DNA of 64,000 nt from Gemmatimonas sp. (GTDB lineage Bacteria > Gemmatimonadota > Gemmatimonadetes > Gemmatimonadales > Gemmatimonadaceae): NCBI GenBank assembly GCA_031414535.1, contig JANNVQ010000053.1:1-64000 (forward strand). Direction: 5' to 3'. The notes under the pieces were generated by a model. The model had not been told where the DNA came from. It did not search any database and saw nothing but the letters and a program-made list of their open reading frames with translations. Position numbers and translations under genes: made by a program. Positions 31,613 to 41,646 of the stretch are shown here, one piece after another. Within the stretch, counting starts at the first letter, position 1. Every line of letters begins with the position of its first letter.

Positions 31613-33252
31613 GCGGCATCGAATCGCTGCGCGACGCACTCGCGCAGGCCGCCATCGCCCTCGGTGCGCCCGCTGATGTGAAGGTCGTCCTCGAGCGCCC
31701 GCGCGATCCCTCGCACGGCGATTGGGCCACCAACCTCGCGATGACACTCGCCAAGCCGCTGGGCATGAAGCCCCGCGACGTGGCCGACAAGCTCGTGGAG
31801 ACGCTCGATCGCAAAGCCGCAGGCGTCAGCGACGTGAGCGTTGCGGGCCCAGGCTTCATCAACATTCGTCTCGATACCGCTGACCTCGCGTCAGGACTCG
31901 AGCGCGTGCTCGCCGCCGGCGAGAGCTGGGGCCGTGGCACAGGCGGGGCAGGGAAGGTCGCGAACGTGGAATTCGTCTCCGCGAACCCGACTGGCCCGCT
32001 TCACGTCGGTCACGGGCGTCAGGCCGCACTCGGGGACTCCATTGCCGCGCTGTTGAGCTCGCAGGGCTACAAAGTCACGCGGGAGTTTTACTACAACGAC
32101 GCCGGCGTGCAAATCGCGAACCTCGCGAAGAGCACGCAGGCGCGTCTGCGTGAGCGCGCCGGCCAGGCACTCGAGATTCCCGAGGGCGGCTACCACGGCG
32201 CCTACATTAAGGACATCGCCGACACCTACGCGGCGGAGTTCCCCAACGACGCGCTGGGCGAGAACTTCGAGCAGGTGCGCGCCGTTGCCGTGCGCGAACT
32301 CCGTAAGGAACAGGATCTCGATCTCCGCGCCTTCGGCGTGAAGTTTGATGTGTACTACCTCGAGAGTTCGCTCTATACGGACGGCTTTGTCGAGAAGACC
32401 GTCGCCGCGCTACAGGAGAAGGGCCACACCTTTGAGGACGATGGCGCGCTGTACCTGCGCACCACCGACTACGGCGACGACAAGGACCGCGTGATGCGTA
32501 AGCGCGATGGCACGATGACCTACTTCGTGCCCGACGTCGCCTACCACGTGACCAAGTTCCAGCGCGGATTCACTCGTGCCATCAACGTGCAGGGTGCTGA
32601 CCACCATGGCACCACGGCCCGCGTGCGTGCTGGTTTGCAGGCTTTGGAGATGGGCATCCCCAAGGGCTACCCCGAGTATGTGCTGCACCAGATGGTGACC
32701 GTGATGCGCAGCGGCGAGGAAGTGAAGATCTCCAAGCGTGCCGGCAGCTACGTCACCGTGCGCGATCTCATTGACGAAGTGGGCCGCGACGCGGTGCGCT
32801 ACTTCTTCCTGATGCGAAAGGGCGATAGCCAACTGGTGTTCGACGTGGATCTCGCGCGCTCGCAGAGCGAAGAGAATCCGGTCTACTACATCCAGATGGC
32901 GCACGCGCGCGTGTGTGGCATCTTCCGCGTCGGAGAAGTGGACGCGGCGACGGTCACCGGGAAGGACGTGAACTGGTCCGTTCTGGAGTCGGTTGAGGAG
33001 CGCGAACTGGTGAAGGCGATTCTCGACTGGCCGGCGTTTGTCGCGAGTGCGGCCGAGAACCTCGAGCCACATCGCGTGGCCAACTGGCTACTCGAGACCG
33101 CGCGTCTCACGCACACGTGGTATCACAAGCATCACGTCCTCGGCGAAGCCCCCGAGGTCATGCAGGCCCGCCTCGCCCTCGCTAAGGCAGTGCGCATCAC
33201 CCTCGCCAACGGACTCGGTCTGATTGGTATCGCCGCGCCCGAGCGGATGTAG
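31609..33252 (+). CDS. argS: Arginine--tRNA ligase
   Basis: EFVSANPTGPLHVGHGR, GADHHG, KISKRAG, NPVYYIQMAHAR, APERM. Confidence 0.97.
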   Translation: MSGIESLRDALAQAAIALGAPADVKVVLERPRDPSHGDWATNLAMTLAKPLGMKPRDVADKLVETLDRKAAGVSDVSVAGPGFINIRLDTADLASGLERVLAAGESWGRGTGGAGKVANVEFVSANPTGPLHVGHGRQAALGDSIAALLSSQGYKVTREFYYNDAGVQIANLAKSTQARLRERAGQALEIPEGGYHGAYIKDIADTYAAEFPNDALGENFEQVRAVAVRELRKEQDLDLRAFGVKFDVYYLESSLYTDGFVEKTVAALQEKGHTFEDDGALYLRTTDYGDDKDRVMRKRDGTMTYFVPDVAYHVTKFQRGFTRAINVQGADHHGTTARVRAGLQALEMGIPKGYPEYVLHQMVTVMRSGEEVKISKRAGSYVTVRDLIDEVGRDAVRYFFLMRKGDSQLVFDVDLARSQSEENPVYYIQMAHARVCGIFRVGEVDAATVTGKDVNWSVLESVEERELVKAILDWPAFVASAAENLEPHRVANWLLETARLTHTWYHKHHVLGEAPEVMQARLALAKAVRITLANGLGLIGIAAPERM

Positions 33253-33276
33253 TTTCTTCTTGTTCGATTAACGGCA

Positions 33277-33389
33277 TTCACCACGGAGGCACGGAGGCAC
33301 GGAGACACAGAGACTGCTTGAGGATGCCAATAGTTGAAACGTGCAGCCTTGCCGTTGTAGTCTCCGAGCCTCCGTGCCTCCGTGGTGAA
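33277..33389. repeat. 113-bp palindromic element: 30-bp inverted arms built of CACGGAGG octamers, 53-nt spacer (MITE/REP-like)
   Basis: Left TTCACCACGGAGGCACGGAGGCACGGAGAC (33277-33306), right GTCTCCGAGCCTCCGTGCCTCCGTGGTGAA (33360-33389); 29/30 complementary. Confidence 0.92.
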
Positions 33390-33408
33390 CAGCAGTAGCG
33401 GTTCTCTC

Positions 33409-33428
33409 CCGTCTCCCGTCTCACGTCC
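33409..33428 (+). repeat. Heptamer array CCGTCTC CCGTCTC ACGTCC before the pfkB-family gene
   Basis: Read directly from sequence. Confidence 0.7.
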
Positions 33429-33439
33429 AAGCCCCTCAT

Positions 33440-34357
33440 ATGAGCGTCCTCGTTGTAGGCTCCGTCGCCCTCGATTCCGTTGAGACTCCCTTCGGCAAGG
33501 CCGATGAAGTCCTCGGCGGCTCGGCCAACTACTTCGCCACCTCCGCGTCGCACCAGACGGCCGTGCAGCTCGTCGGCGTGGTGGGCAGCGATTACCCGAT
33601 GCAGAAACTTGAGCCGCTGAAGGCCCGTGGTATTGACTTCGCTGGCCTCGAGACCGCCGAGGGCGAGTCCTTCCGCTGGCGCGGCCGCTATCGCCACGAC
33701 TTGAACTCCGCCGAGACGCTGGAGACGCGTCTCGGCGTGTTCTCGCACTTCCAGCCAAAGATTCCGGCGCAGTTTAAGAGCGCCGAGTATGTGTTCCTCG
33801 CCAATATCGATCCACGGCTTCAGTTGCAGGTGCTGGCCCAGGTGGACAAACCAAAGCTTGTTGCCTGCGACACGATGAACTTCTGGATCGAATCGCGCCG
33901 GCCCGACTTGCTCACGCTGCTCGGCAAGGTGGACTTGATCACGCTCAACGACGCCGAGGCGCGTCAGTTGACGGAGAAGGCCAACTTGGTGCACGCCGCC
34001 AAGTGGATTCTTGAGCGCGGCCCCAAGACCGTCCTCATCAAGAAGGGCGAGCACGGGGCCTTCATGTTCACCAAGGACAGCGTGTTCTTCGCGCCGGCCT
34101 ATCCGCTTGAGAGCGTGTTTGATCCCACGGGCGCAGGCGATTCATTCGCCGGCGGCTTCATGGGTTGGCTCGCACGCACGGGCGATTTGAGCGAGGCCAA
34201 CATGCGCCGCGCCGTCATCGTGGGCAGCGCGATGGGTTCCTTCGTGGTGGAAGATTTCTCTCTGCAGCGCTTGCTTGAGGTTACGCGCGAGGACATCGAG
34301 CGTCGCGTCGGTGAGTTTTACTCGCTGGTTAACTTCGATCGGGCGCTGAACGCGTGA
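33440..34357 (+). CDS. PfkB-family carbohydrate/nucleoside kinase
   Basis: VVGSVALD, LGGSA, KKGEHGA, DPTGAGDSFAGGF. Confidence 0.93.
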   Translation: MSVLVVGSVALDSVETPFGKADEVLGGSANYFATSASHQTAVQLVGVVGSDYPMQKLEPLKARGIDFAGLETAEGESFRWRGRYRHDLNSAETLETRLGVFSHFQPKIPAQFKSAEYVFLANIDPRLQLQVLAQVDKPKLVACDTMNFWIESRRPDLLTLLGKVDLITLNDAEARQLTEKANLVHAAKWILERGPKTVLIKKGEHGAFMFTKDSVFFAPAYPLESVFDPTGAGDSFAGGFMGWLARTGDLSEANMRRAVIVGSAMGSFVVEDFSLQRLLEVTREDIERRVGEFYSLVNFDRALNA

Positions 34358-35388
34358 GCGGCAACGAGAAGCTCACCTACGCCAGTGCTGGCGTCGACAT
34401 CGACGCGGCGGATGATTCCAAACATCGCATCAAGCGCTTGGTGGAGAGCACCTTCACGGCGGGCGCGCGCGGGGCCTTCGGTGGCTTCGGCGGCATGTTC
34501 CGGGTGCCCGAGGGCGCGAAGAAGCCGCTGCTCGTCGCGAGCGCGGACGGCGTCGGCACCAAGATCAAGACGGCCATCGAAGCGGACCGGCACGATACCA
34601 TCGGCCACTGCCTCGTGAACCACTGCGTGAACGACATCCTGGTGCAGGGCGCGACGCCGATGTTCTTCTTGGATTACGTCGCCTTCGGCAAGCTCATTCC
34701 GTCAGTGGTGGAAGGCGTGGTGGCGGGTGTGAGCGCCGGCTGCCGTGAGAACGGCGCCTCGCTTATTGGCGGAGAGACGGCCGAGATGCCGGGCGTGTAC
34801 ACGCCGCCAGATTACGATTTGGCAGGCTTCATCGTCGGTTGGGTAGAGGAGGATCAGGTCATCACCTCCGCCGGTGTAAAGGAGGGCGATGTGCTCGTCG
34901 GCCTCGCATCCACTGGTTGCCACACCAATGGGTATTCGCTGGCGCGGCGCATCATCAGCGAACGCTTGAAGCTCGGACCGCACGACGCATTTCCCGAGCA
35001 CGGCGGCAAGTCTGTTGCCGACGTCATGCTCGCGGTGCATCGCTCGTACTTGCCGGTGCTGGGACGTGAGCTAGGTCGCATTCACGCCATGGCCCACATC
35101 ACAGGCGGCGGCATTCCGGGTAATCTCGACCGGGCCTTGCCGTCACATCTTGACGCCGTGGTGGATACCAAGGCGTGGGAAATTCCAGCTTTATTCCGGG
35201 TATTAGAAGAGGCCGGGCAGGTTGATCGCGCGGAAATGTACCGGGCGTTCAACATGGGCGTTGGCATGATTGTGATTACTGATACAGCTGGCGCGTCTGT
35301 AATTCGAGATGTTGCGTCAAAGGCCGGTGTCGCCAATTGGAACATCGGTTACGTCCGCGCCGGGACCGGGCGGGTCCACCTCGTTTAG
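34354..35388 (+). CDS. purM: Phosphoribosylformylglycinamidine cyclo-ligase
   Basis: YASAGVDID, GGFGG, DGVGTK, GGETAEMPG, HTNGYSL, AHITGGG, FNMGVG. Confidence 0.96.
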   Translation: MSGNEKLTYASAGVDIDAADDSKHRIKRLVESTFTAGARGAFGGFGGMFRVPEGAKKPLLVASADGVGTKIKTAIEADRHDTIGHCLVNHCVNDILVQGATPMFFLDYVAFGKLIPSVVEGVVAGVSAGCRENGASLIGGETAEMPGVYTPPDYDLAGFIVGWVEEDQVITSAGVKEGDVLVGLASTGCHTNGYSLARRIISERLKLGPHDAFPEHGGKSVADVMLAVHRSYLPVLGRELGRIHAMAHITGGGIPGNLDRALPSHLDAVVDTKAWEIPALFRVLEEAGQVDRAEMYRAFNMGVGMIVITDTAGASVIRDVASKAGVANWNIGYVRAGTGRVHLV

Positions 35389-35405
35389 CCACGGAGCTGA
35401 ACTGT

Positions 35406-36380
35406 ATGCGTCGTATCCTGGTTGCCTCTGTCGCAGCTGTAGCGCTCTCTCTCGCTGCGCCCGCTTCCGCCTCGGCGCAGCAGGCCTGCGCTCCCGGTAG
35501 CGATGCTGCCGCCGCCGATGCCTGCGCCACCGGCGCTGACTTCCTCCGGTACATGGCCCCGCAGCTTGGCACCGCGTTGGTGGGCGGTAGCCACACGCTT
35601 GGCATTGGTAGCAACCTCGGCGGCTTTCCGCACTTTGCCATCGCGCTTCGCGGCAATGCCGTGATGGGATCCTTGCCCCAGCTCGGCAACCTGGCTGTTG
35701 GACCTGCCACCTCGCGCAACTACGCCGTGAAGAATCAGGTGCTCGGTCTGCCCGCTCTGGACTTCTCCATCGGCGTCACCGAGGGCTTCAGCCTTGGCGT
35801 AACGAAGATTGGCGGCATCGACATCATCGGTGGGGCCACCTTCGTGCCCGAGGTCAGCGGGTCTGACTTCAGCTTGTCGGCGCCCGACGGTTCGCTGTCC
35901 ATCGCTTACGGACTTCGCGTGGGCCTGCTGCAACAGTCGGTGCTCGTTCCGGGTGTGGCATTCTCGTGGATGAAGCGCGACATGCCGACGCTCAACCTCG
36001 TGACCAGCCCCAGCGCTGGCGATGAGATCGCGGTCAATAATCTCTCCCTCAACACCACCTCGTGGCGTTTGTCGGCGCAGAAGAATCTCCTGCTGTTCCA
36101 GTTTGGCGCCGGCGTCGGCCAGGATAGCTACGACTTTGATGCTGACGTGGCGGTCCGAGTGACTCAGGGCCCGGCCACTCTCAACGGCGCATTCAATGCT
36201 GCGCAGTCGATGACCCGCACCTCCATGTACGGCACCGTGGCGATGAATATCCTGCTCATTAAAATCGTTGGCGAAGTGGGTCAGGTGAGTGGCGGCGACG
36301 CGCCGACTTTTCACACCTACGATAAGGCGGCCAATGCGAGCCGTCTGTACGGCACCCTCGGTGCGCGCTTCAGCTTCTGA
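35406..36380 (+). CDS. Putative outer-membrane beta-barrel protein
   Basis: Signal peptide ending ASA, beta-rich, C-terminal beta-signal LYGTLGARFSF. Start moved to ATG 35406. Confidence 0.7.
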   Translation: MRRILVASVAAVALSLAAPASASAQQACAPGSDAAAADACATGADFLRYMAPQLGTALVGGSHTLGIGSNLGGFPHFAIALRGNAVMGSLPQLGNLAVGPATSRNYAVKNQVLGLPALDFSIGVTEGFSLGVTKIGGIDIIGGATFVPEVSGSDFSLSAPDGSLSIAYGLRVGLLQQSVLVPGVAFSWMKRDMPTLNLVTSPSAGDEIAVNNLSLNTTSWRLSAQKNLLLFQFGAGVGQDSYDFDADVAVRVTQGPATLNGAFNAAQSMTRTSMYGTVAMNILLIKIVGEVGQVSGGDAPTFHTYDKAANASRLYGTLGARFSF

Positions 36381-36394
36381 GTTCTGAAGATTTT

Positions 36395-37492
36395 GTGACC
36401 CCAGCTACGGCCCCGCAGGATGGGGCCCACATGCGCCGCGCGCTTGAACTCGCGCGGCGCGGCTGGGGGCAGACGGCGCCGAACCCTTTGGTCGGCGCCG
36501 TCGTCGTTCGTGATGGTGAAATCATCGCTGAGGGCTGGCATGCGCGCTTCGGCGGACCGCACGCGGAGGTAGCCGCGTTAGCCGGGTTGCCGAAGAAGGG
36601 CGCCCGCGACGCCGACGTGTATGTCACGCTCGAGCCGTGTGCGCATCACGGGAAGACGCCGCCCTGTGCCGATGCGTTGATCAAGGCCAAGGTACGTCGC
36701 GTGATCATCGCCACCCGCGATCCAAATCCGCTGGCCGCTGGCGGCGTGGAGAAGCTCCGTGCGGCCGGCATCGAAGTGGTGGTCGGTGTCGAGCAAGCGG
36801 CCGCCGAGGAACTCAACGCGCCCTTTTTGTTCGCGGCGCGCCGTGCGGATCGCCCATTTGTGACGCTCAAACTCGCCCTCTCGGCTGAGGGCGCCTTGGC
36901 GCCCGCCGGCGGGGGACAGCAGTGGCTCACTGGGCCAGAGGCGAGGCGCTACGTGCATGAACTCCGCGCTGGTGCAGATGCCGTCCTCGTTGGGATTGGA
37001 ACGGTCTTGGCCGATGATCCGGCGTTGACGGTGCGGGAGTTCCCCGAGCCCCGTGTGCCGCCGAAGCGGCTCGTGCTCGACCGCGGCGCAAGGCTGCCAC
37101 TCAGCTCCACACTGGTGAGAACGGCCCGGGAAGTGCCCGTGGGTGTGCTCGCGGAGCGGCCCGACACTTCGCGGATGGCCGCGCTCACGGCCGTCGGCGT
37201 GGAGGTCTCGGTCTCAAGTGACCTGCAGGGCCATCTTCAGGCCCTCCGAACCCGGGGCATTCGGCACCTGCTGGCCGAACCCGGGGACCAGGTGGCCCAA
37301 GCCCTTTTGGGGGGCGGATTTGTGGACCGGCTGATTATCTTTCGGACGTCAGTCCCCTTGGGGCCTGACGCCCTCGCCGGAGTCGGGAAGTTCCTGCCGC
37401 CGGAGGAGGGGGGCGCGGGGTGGTGGGTGCTGACGCAGCAGTCTGTTGGCGTCGATCATCTGACCATCTACAAGCGGGTCGCGCCTCGCTGA
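36395..37492 (+). CDS. ribD: Riboflavin biosynthesis deaminase/reductase RibD
   Basis: PNPLVG, HAE, VTLEPCAHHGKTPPC, GTVLADDPALTVR. Confidence 0.94.
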   Translation: MTPATAPQDGAHMRRALELARRGWGQTAPNPLVGAVVVRDGEIIAEGWHARFGGPHAEVAALAGLPKKGARDADVYVTLEPCAHHGKTPPCADALIKAKVRRVIIATRDPNPLAAGGVEKLRAAGIEVVVGVEQAAAEELNAPFLFAARRADRPFVTLKLALSAEGALAPAGGGQQWLTGPEARRYVHELRAGADAVLVGIGTVLADDPALTVREFPEPRVPPKRLVLDRGARLPLSSTLVRTAREVPVGVLAERPDTSRMAALTAVGVEVSVSSDLQGHLQALRTRGIRHLLAEPGDQVAQALLGGGFVDRLIIFRTSVPLGPDALAGVGKFLPPEEGGAGWWVLTQQSVGVDHLTIYKRVAPR

Positions 37493-37511
37493 TTCCACCC
37501 ACGCTCGTGCG

Positions 37512-38108
37512 ATGTTCACTGGCTTGATCACAGCGGTAGGCGAAATTGTCGCGGTCTCCACCACGGAGGCCGGACGTGAACTCGTCGTTGCCGCGCCTTA
37601 CGAGGGGTTAGATCTCGGTGAATCCATCGCCTGCGGCGGTGTCTGCCTCACCGTGCGTGAGTTCGGCCCCGGTCGTTTCACCGTCGGCGCCGTGGTGACG
37701 ACGCTAGACCGCACGGTCATCGGCGATTGGCAGGTCGGCACCAAACTCAATCTCGAGCGCGCCATGGCCCTCGGCGACAAGCTCGGTGGCCACATCGTGC
37801 AGGGCCACGTGGATGGCGTCGGCGAAATCATCGCGGCGCATCAGCGCGACGACGCGTGGATCCTCGACGTCCGTGTGCCTGACGACGTTGACGAACTCCT
37901 TGTGCCGCGCGGCTCGATTGCCGTGGATGGCGTGAGCCTGACCGTTGTTGAGTTGCCGGCAACAAACGTGATGCGACTCAGCATCATCGAACACACCATG
38001 CGTCATACCACGCTTGGGAGCCTGCGGGTCGGTCACCGCGTTCATCTCGAGGGCGATATTCTCGCCAAGCACCTCAAGCGCCTCGCGGCGCCACTTCTCA
38101 AATCGTGA
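37512..38108 (+). CDS. ribE: Riboflavin synthase
   Basis: MFTGLI, GVCLTV, LGGHIVQGHVDG, DGVSLTV. Confidence 0.95.
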   Translation: MFTGLITAVGEIVAVSTTEAGRELVVAAPYEGLDLGESIACGGVCLTVREFGPGRFTVGAVVTTLDRTVIGDWQVGTKLNLERAMALGDKLGGHIVQGHVDGVGEIIAAHQRDDAWILDVRVPDDVDELLVPRGSIAVDGVSLTVVELPATNVMRLSIIEHTMRHTTLGSLRVGHRVHLEGDILAKHLKRLAAPLLKS

Positions 38109-38110
38109 AT

Positions 38111-39310
38111 ATGTTTGGAACCATCGAACAGGCCCTGGACGATCTCAAGGCCGGCAAGTTCATCGTCGTCGCGGACGACGAGGATCGCGAGAACGAAGGC
38201 GATCTCATCGGTGCGGCGGAGTTCATCACGCCGCAGATGGTGAATTTCCTCATGAATGCCAAGGGCATGATCTGCGTGGCGCTGTCGCCGGCGCGCGTCG
38301 AGCAGCTCAATCTCGAGATGATGGGCTCCGAGAACACCGACGCCCTGCGCACGGCCTACACCGTCACGGTAGATGCCGCGCCACGCCACGGCGTGACCAC
38401 CGGCATCAGCGCCAGCGATCAAGCCACCACCATTCGCTTGCTCGCGGGCGGTACGAGTGCCCCGAGCGACCTGCGTCGGCCCGGGCATGTGCATCCTCTG
38501 CGCGCGCGCGAAGGCGGCGTGCTGCAGCGCGTGGGGCACACCGAGGCCGCGGTCGATCTCATGCGCCTCGCCGGTCTCGAGCCCGCCGGCGTGATTTGCG
38601 AAATCCTCAACTCCGACGGTTCCACCGCGAAGCGCCCCGACCTCGAGGCCTTCTCCAAAGAACACGGCCTCACCTTCATCACGGTGGCGCAGTTGGTGGC
38701 GTACCGCTTGCAGAACGAGCGGCTCGTGCATCGGGAAGCGGAAGCGCGCCTGCCCACCGAGTTCGGTGAGTTCAAGCTCGTCGGCTATCGCAACGATGTG
38801 GACCATCGCGAGCACGTAGCCTTGGTCTATGGCGACGTCGAGGGCGCCGAGCATGTGCTGGTCCGCATGCATTCCAAGTGTCTGACCGGCGACACCTTCC
38901 ACTCCATGCGTTGCGATTGCCATTGGCAACTGCACGAGGCCATGCGCCTCGTAGTGGAATCGGGTAAGGGTGTAATCGTGTATCTCGATCAAGAGGGACG
39001 CGGCATCGGCCTCCTCAACAAGCTCAAGGCGTATCAGCTGCAGGATCAAGGTGCCGATACCGTCGAGGCCAACGAGAAGCTCGGATTCGCGCCGGACTTG
39101 AGAAACTACGGCATCGGTGCGCAGATCCTGCTCGACCTCGGGCTCAAGTCCATTCGTCCGATCACCAACAATCCCAAGAAGCTCGTGGGCCTCGAAGGCT
39201 ACGGTATCACCCTGGGCGCGCGCGTGCCCATCATCTCGCCATCCAATGGCGAAAACGCCGATTACCTCGAAACCAAGCGCACCAAGCTCGGCCACCTGAG
39301 AGCCATGTAA
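38111..39310 (+). CDS. ribBA: DHBP synthase / GTP cyclohydrolase II
   Basis: DDEDRENEGD, GHTEA, RMHSKCLTGD...RCDC, QEGRGIGL. Confidence 0.96.
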   Translation: MFGTIEQALDDLKAGKFIVVADDEDRENEGDLIGAAEFITPQMVNFLMNAKGMICVALSPARVEQLNLEMMGSENTDALRTAYTVTVDAAPRHGVTTGISASDQATTIRLLAGGTSAPSDLRRPGHVHPLRAREGGVLQRVGHTEAAVDLMRLAGLEPAGVICEILNSDGSTAKRPDLEAFSKEHGLTFITVAQLVAYRLQNERLVHREAEARLPTEFGEFKLVGYRNDVDHREHVALVYGDVEGAEHVLVRMHSKCLTGDTFHSMRCDCHWQLHEAMRLVVESGKGVIVYLDQEGRGIGLLNKLKAYQLQDQGADTVEANEKLGFAPDLRNYGIGAQILLDLGLKSIRPITNNPKKLVGLEGYGITLGARVPIISPSNGENADYLETKRTKLGHLRAM

Positions 39311-39795
39311 TGGCCGAGTTCATTGGAGTGCCGAGCGCCGAGGGCCGGCGCGTTTTGGTAGTGGCGAGCCGGTTCAACGAGCACATCACGCAGAAGTTGG
39401 CCGATGGCGCGGTTGAGTGCTGTCTCAAGCACGACGGCAAGCTCGACGACATTGACGTCATCTGGGTTCCGGGCGCGTGGGAGATCCCGCCCGCGCTGAT
39501 GAAAGCCTTGCAGTCTGAACGCTACGATTGCGCGGTGGCCGTTGGCGCTGTGATTCGCGGCGAGACCCCGCACTTTGAATTCGTGGCGGGCGAGGCCAAT
39601 CGCGGCGTGGCGCTCTTGCAGGGGGAGTTCGGCGTGCCTATCGGCATGGGTATTCTGACCACGGACACGATGGCGCAGGCCGAAGCGCGTGCTGGTGGCG
39701 CGCACGGCAACAAGGGATGGGACGCGGCACTCGCCGCATTGGAGATGACCGACTTGTTCGGCCGTCTCGATCTGATGAACGATCCGGACGTCTGA
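39310..39795 (+). CDS. ribH: Lumazine synthase
   Basis: SRFN, VPGAWEIP, IRGETPHF, GNKG. Confidence 0.96.
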   Translation: MAEFIGVPSAEGRRVLVVASRFNEHITQKLADGAVECCLKHDGKLDDIDVIWVPGAWEIPPALMKALQSERYDCAVAVGAVIRGETPHFEFVAGEANRGVALLQGEFGVPIGMGILTTDTMAQAEARAGGAHGNKGWDAALAALEMTDLFGRLDLMNDPDV

Positions 39796-40214
39796 TGGCT
39801 CGAGTCGAGACCCGAGGGCGCGCGCGCGCGCTCCAAGCGTTGTACGCCTGGGACGTTCGGAAAGACGATGTGCCGCTCACCCGCGTGGCCCAGCTCGTGT
39901 GGGACGACCTCGCGATTGCCGCAGAGGAGCGCGCCTTCGCCTCGGCCTTGGTGCAACTCATCGTCGCCGACCAGAAGGCGATGGATGCCGAGCTCGCGGA
40001 AGTCACCACCAATTGGCGGCTAGATCGCTTGGGTCACATCGAACGCTGTGTCCTGCGCCTTGGTGCGGCCGAGCTCACACAGGGCGGTACCCCGCCACGC
40101 GTCGTGATTCAGGAGTGCGTGCATCTCGCTGAGCGCTTTGGATCGGGGCAGAGTGCTCGCTTCGTGAATGGAGTGCTCGATGCCTTGGCGCGTCGGATGG
40201 GCCGGCTCTCTTGA
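39795..40214 (+). CDS. nusB: Transcription antitermination factor NusB
   Basis: RARALQALY, NWRLDRL, FVNGVLD; follows ribH. Start moved to ATG 39795. Confidence 0.92.
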   Translation: MARVETRGRARALQALYAWDVRKDDVPLTRVAQLVWDDLAIAAEERAFASALVQLIVADQKAMDAELAEVTTNWRLDRLGHIERCVLRLGAAELTQGGTPPRVVIQECVHLAERFGSGQSARFVNGVLDALARRMGRLS

Positions 40215-41326
40215 AGCTCGTGGCCGTGAACTGGCAAGACTTAGAGAACCCACTCGGCGGCGGTGCGGAAACGCACTTGCACGAGATTCTCGAGCGGCTC
40301 GCCAGTTACGGCCATGAGGTGGTGTTGCTCTGCGGAGGCTGGCCAGGCTGTCCGCCGCGGGTGACGCGGAAGGGAGTGGAGATTCATCGCGTGGGCACGC
40401 GACAGACGTTCGCCGTGCTCGCTCGGACGTACTGGGAGCGGCATCTGGCAGCGCGCAATTTTGATGCGCTGTACGAAGACATCAACAAGATGCCGCTGTT
40501 CACCACGCGGTGGAGCGGCCCGCAGCGTGTGGTAGTCGTGGTGCCGCATCTTTTTGGCGCCGCTGCGTTCCAGGAACTGAATCCCATCCTCGCCTCGGCG
40601 GTGTGGCTCTCCGAGCGCCCCATTCCGTGGATGTACCGCGGCGTGCCGTTCCAGGCCATCAGCGAGAGCACCGCCGATGACCTCGTGGCACGCGGCATTC
40701 CGCGCGAGCTCGTGAAGGTGATTCCGCCGGGCGTCAGCTTTGACCACTACACGCCCGAAGCGTCAAGCCGCGCCGCCGCGCCGACCATCGCGTACTTGGG
40801 GCGCCTCAAGAAGTACAAAGGCGTGGATTTGGTCATCAAGGCCTTTGCCGCCATGACCCATTCGGGGGCCAAGCTCGAGATTGCTGGGGCGGGGGATTTT
40901 CGCCCCGCGCTCGAACGCCTCGTGGACTCGCTTGCCCTTCGGGAGCGCGTGCGCTTTCTTGGCTTTGTGACCGAAGCCGAGAAGCTGGCGCTGCTGCGCC
41001 GTGCGTGGGTGGTCTCGCTGGCCTCGCCGAAGGAAGGCTGGGGCTTGACCAACGTGGAGGCTGAGGCCTGCGGTACGCCTGTGGTGGCGTCTGATTCGCC
41101 CGGTATTCGCGAATCAGTGCGCCATGGCGAAACAGGATTTTTGGTGACGCACGGAGACATCCCTGCGATGGCGGCGGCGTTTGATCGCCTCGCCGCGGCG
41201 CCGGCATTGGTGGCAGAGATGGGCGTGAAGGCTCGAGCCTTCGCGGAATCCTTCACCTGGGATCGCTGCGCCCGTAGCACAGAAGCGCACCTGCTCTCGG
41301 TGATCCAACAAGGAGGAAGGGCCTAG
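40211..41326 (+). CDS. Glycosyltransferase family 4
   Basis: GGAE, GRLKKYKG, EGWGLTNVEAEACG. Confidence 0.9.
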   Translation: MKLVAVNWQDLENPLGGGAETHLHEILERLASYGHEVVLLCGGWPGCPPRVTRKGVEIHRVGTRQTFAVLARTYWERHLAARNFDALYEDINKMPLFTTRWSGPQRVVVVVPHLFGAAAFQELNPILASAVWLSERPIPWMYRGVPFQAISESTADDLVARGIPRELVKVIPPGVSFDHYTPEASSRAAAPTIAYLGRLKKYKGVDLVIKAFAAMTHSGAKLEIAGAGDFRPALERLVDSLALRERVRFLGFVTEAEKLALLRRAWVVSLASPKEGWGLTNVEAEACGTPVVASDSPGIRESVRHGETGFLVTHGDIPAMAAAFDRLAAAPALVAEMGVKARAFAESFTWDRCARSTEAHLLSVIQQGGRA

Positions 41327-41646
41327 TGGACATTGTCATCCATTCGCACCACGCCGAAGTGTCCGAGTATATGCGCAAGCGCGCCATCCGAGCCGTCGAA
41401 AGTGCCGCCGCGCGCATTCCGCGCACGGTCGAGGGCATCATTCGCTTTGAGGAGGATGGCCCTACGCGTCGCGTCACGGTGACCCTGCGTGCGCCCAAGC
41501 ATCATGATCTTATGGGCAAGGGAGAGGGCCGCTTCTTTGGACCCGCCCTCGTAGCGGCGGTCGCGAAGGTCAACGCGCAGGCGAGCCGCGAAAAGCGCTC
41601 GCACGGTCGCGCCGGTGGCAAGCGCGAATCTTGGATCCGCGAGTAG
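41326..41646 (+). CDS. Short HPF/RaiA-like ribosome hibernation factor
   Basis: Size, beta-alpha-beta-beta-beta-alpha pattern, position before hprK, AGGAGG upstream. Confidence 0.7.
   Translation: MDIVIHSHHAEVSEYMRKRAIRAVESAAARIPRTVEGIIRFEEDGPTRRVTVTLRAPKHHDLMGKGEGRFFGPALVAAVAKVNAQASREKRSHGRAGGKRESWIRE

Noticed and set aside
33277..33389. Possible CRISPR repeat-spacer-repeat
   Set aside because: Arms are inverted rather than direct and are built of 8-bp units; no array and no cas genes.
36395..37492. Inactivated RibD reductase domain (SAEG for SLDG, EPG for EGG)
   Set aside because: Key Lys, Arg, Thr, Asp and Glu positions appear retained; the variation is not enough to claim loss of function.
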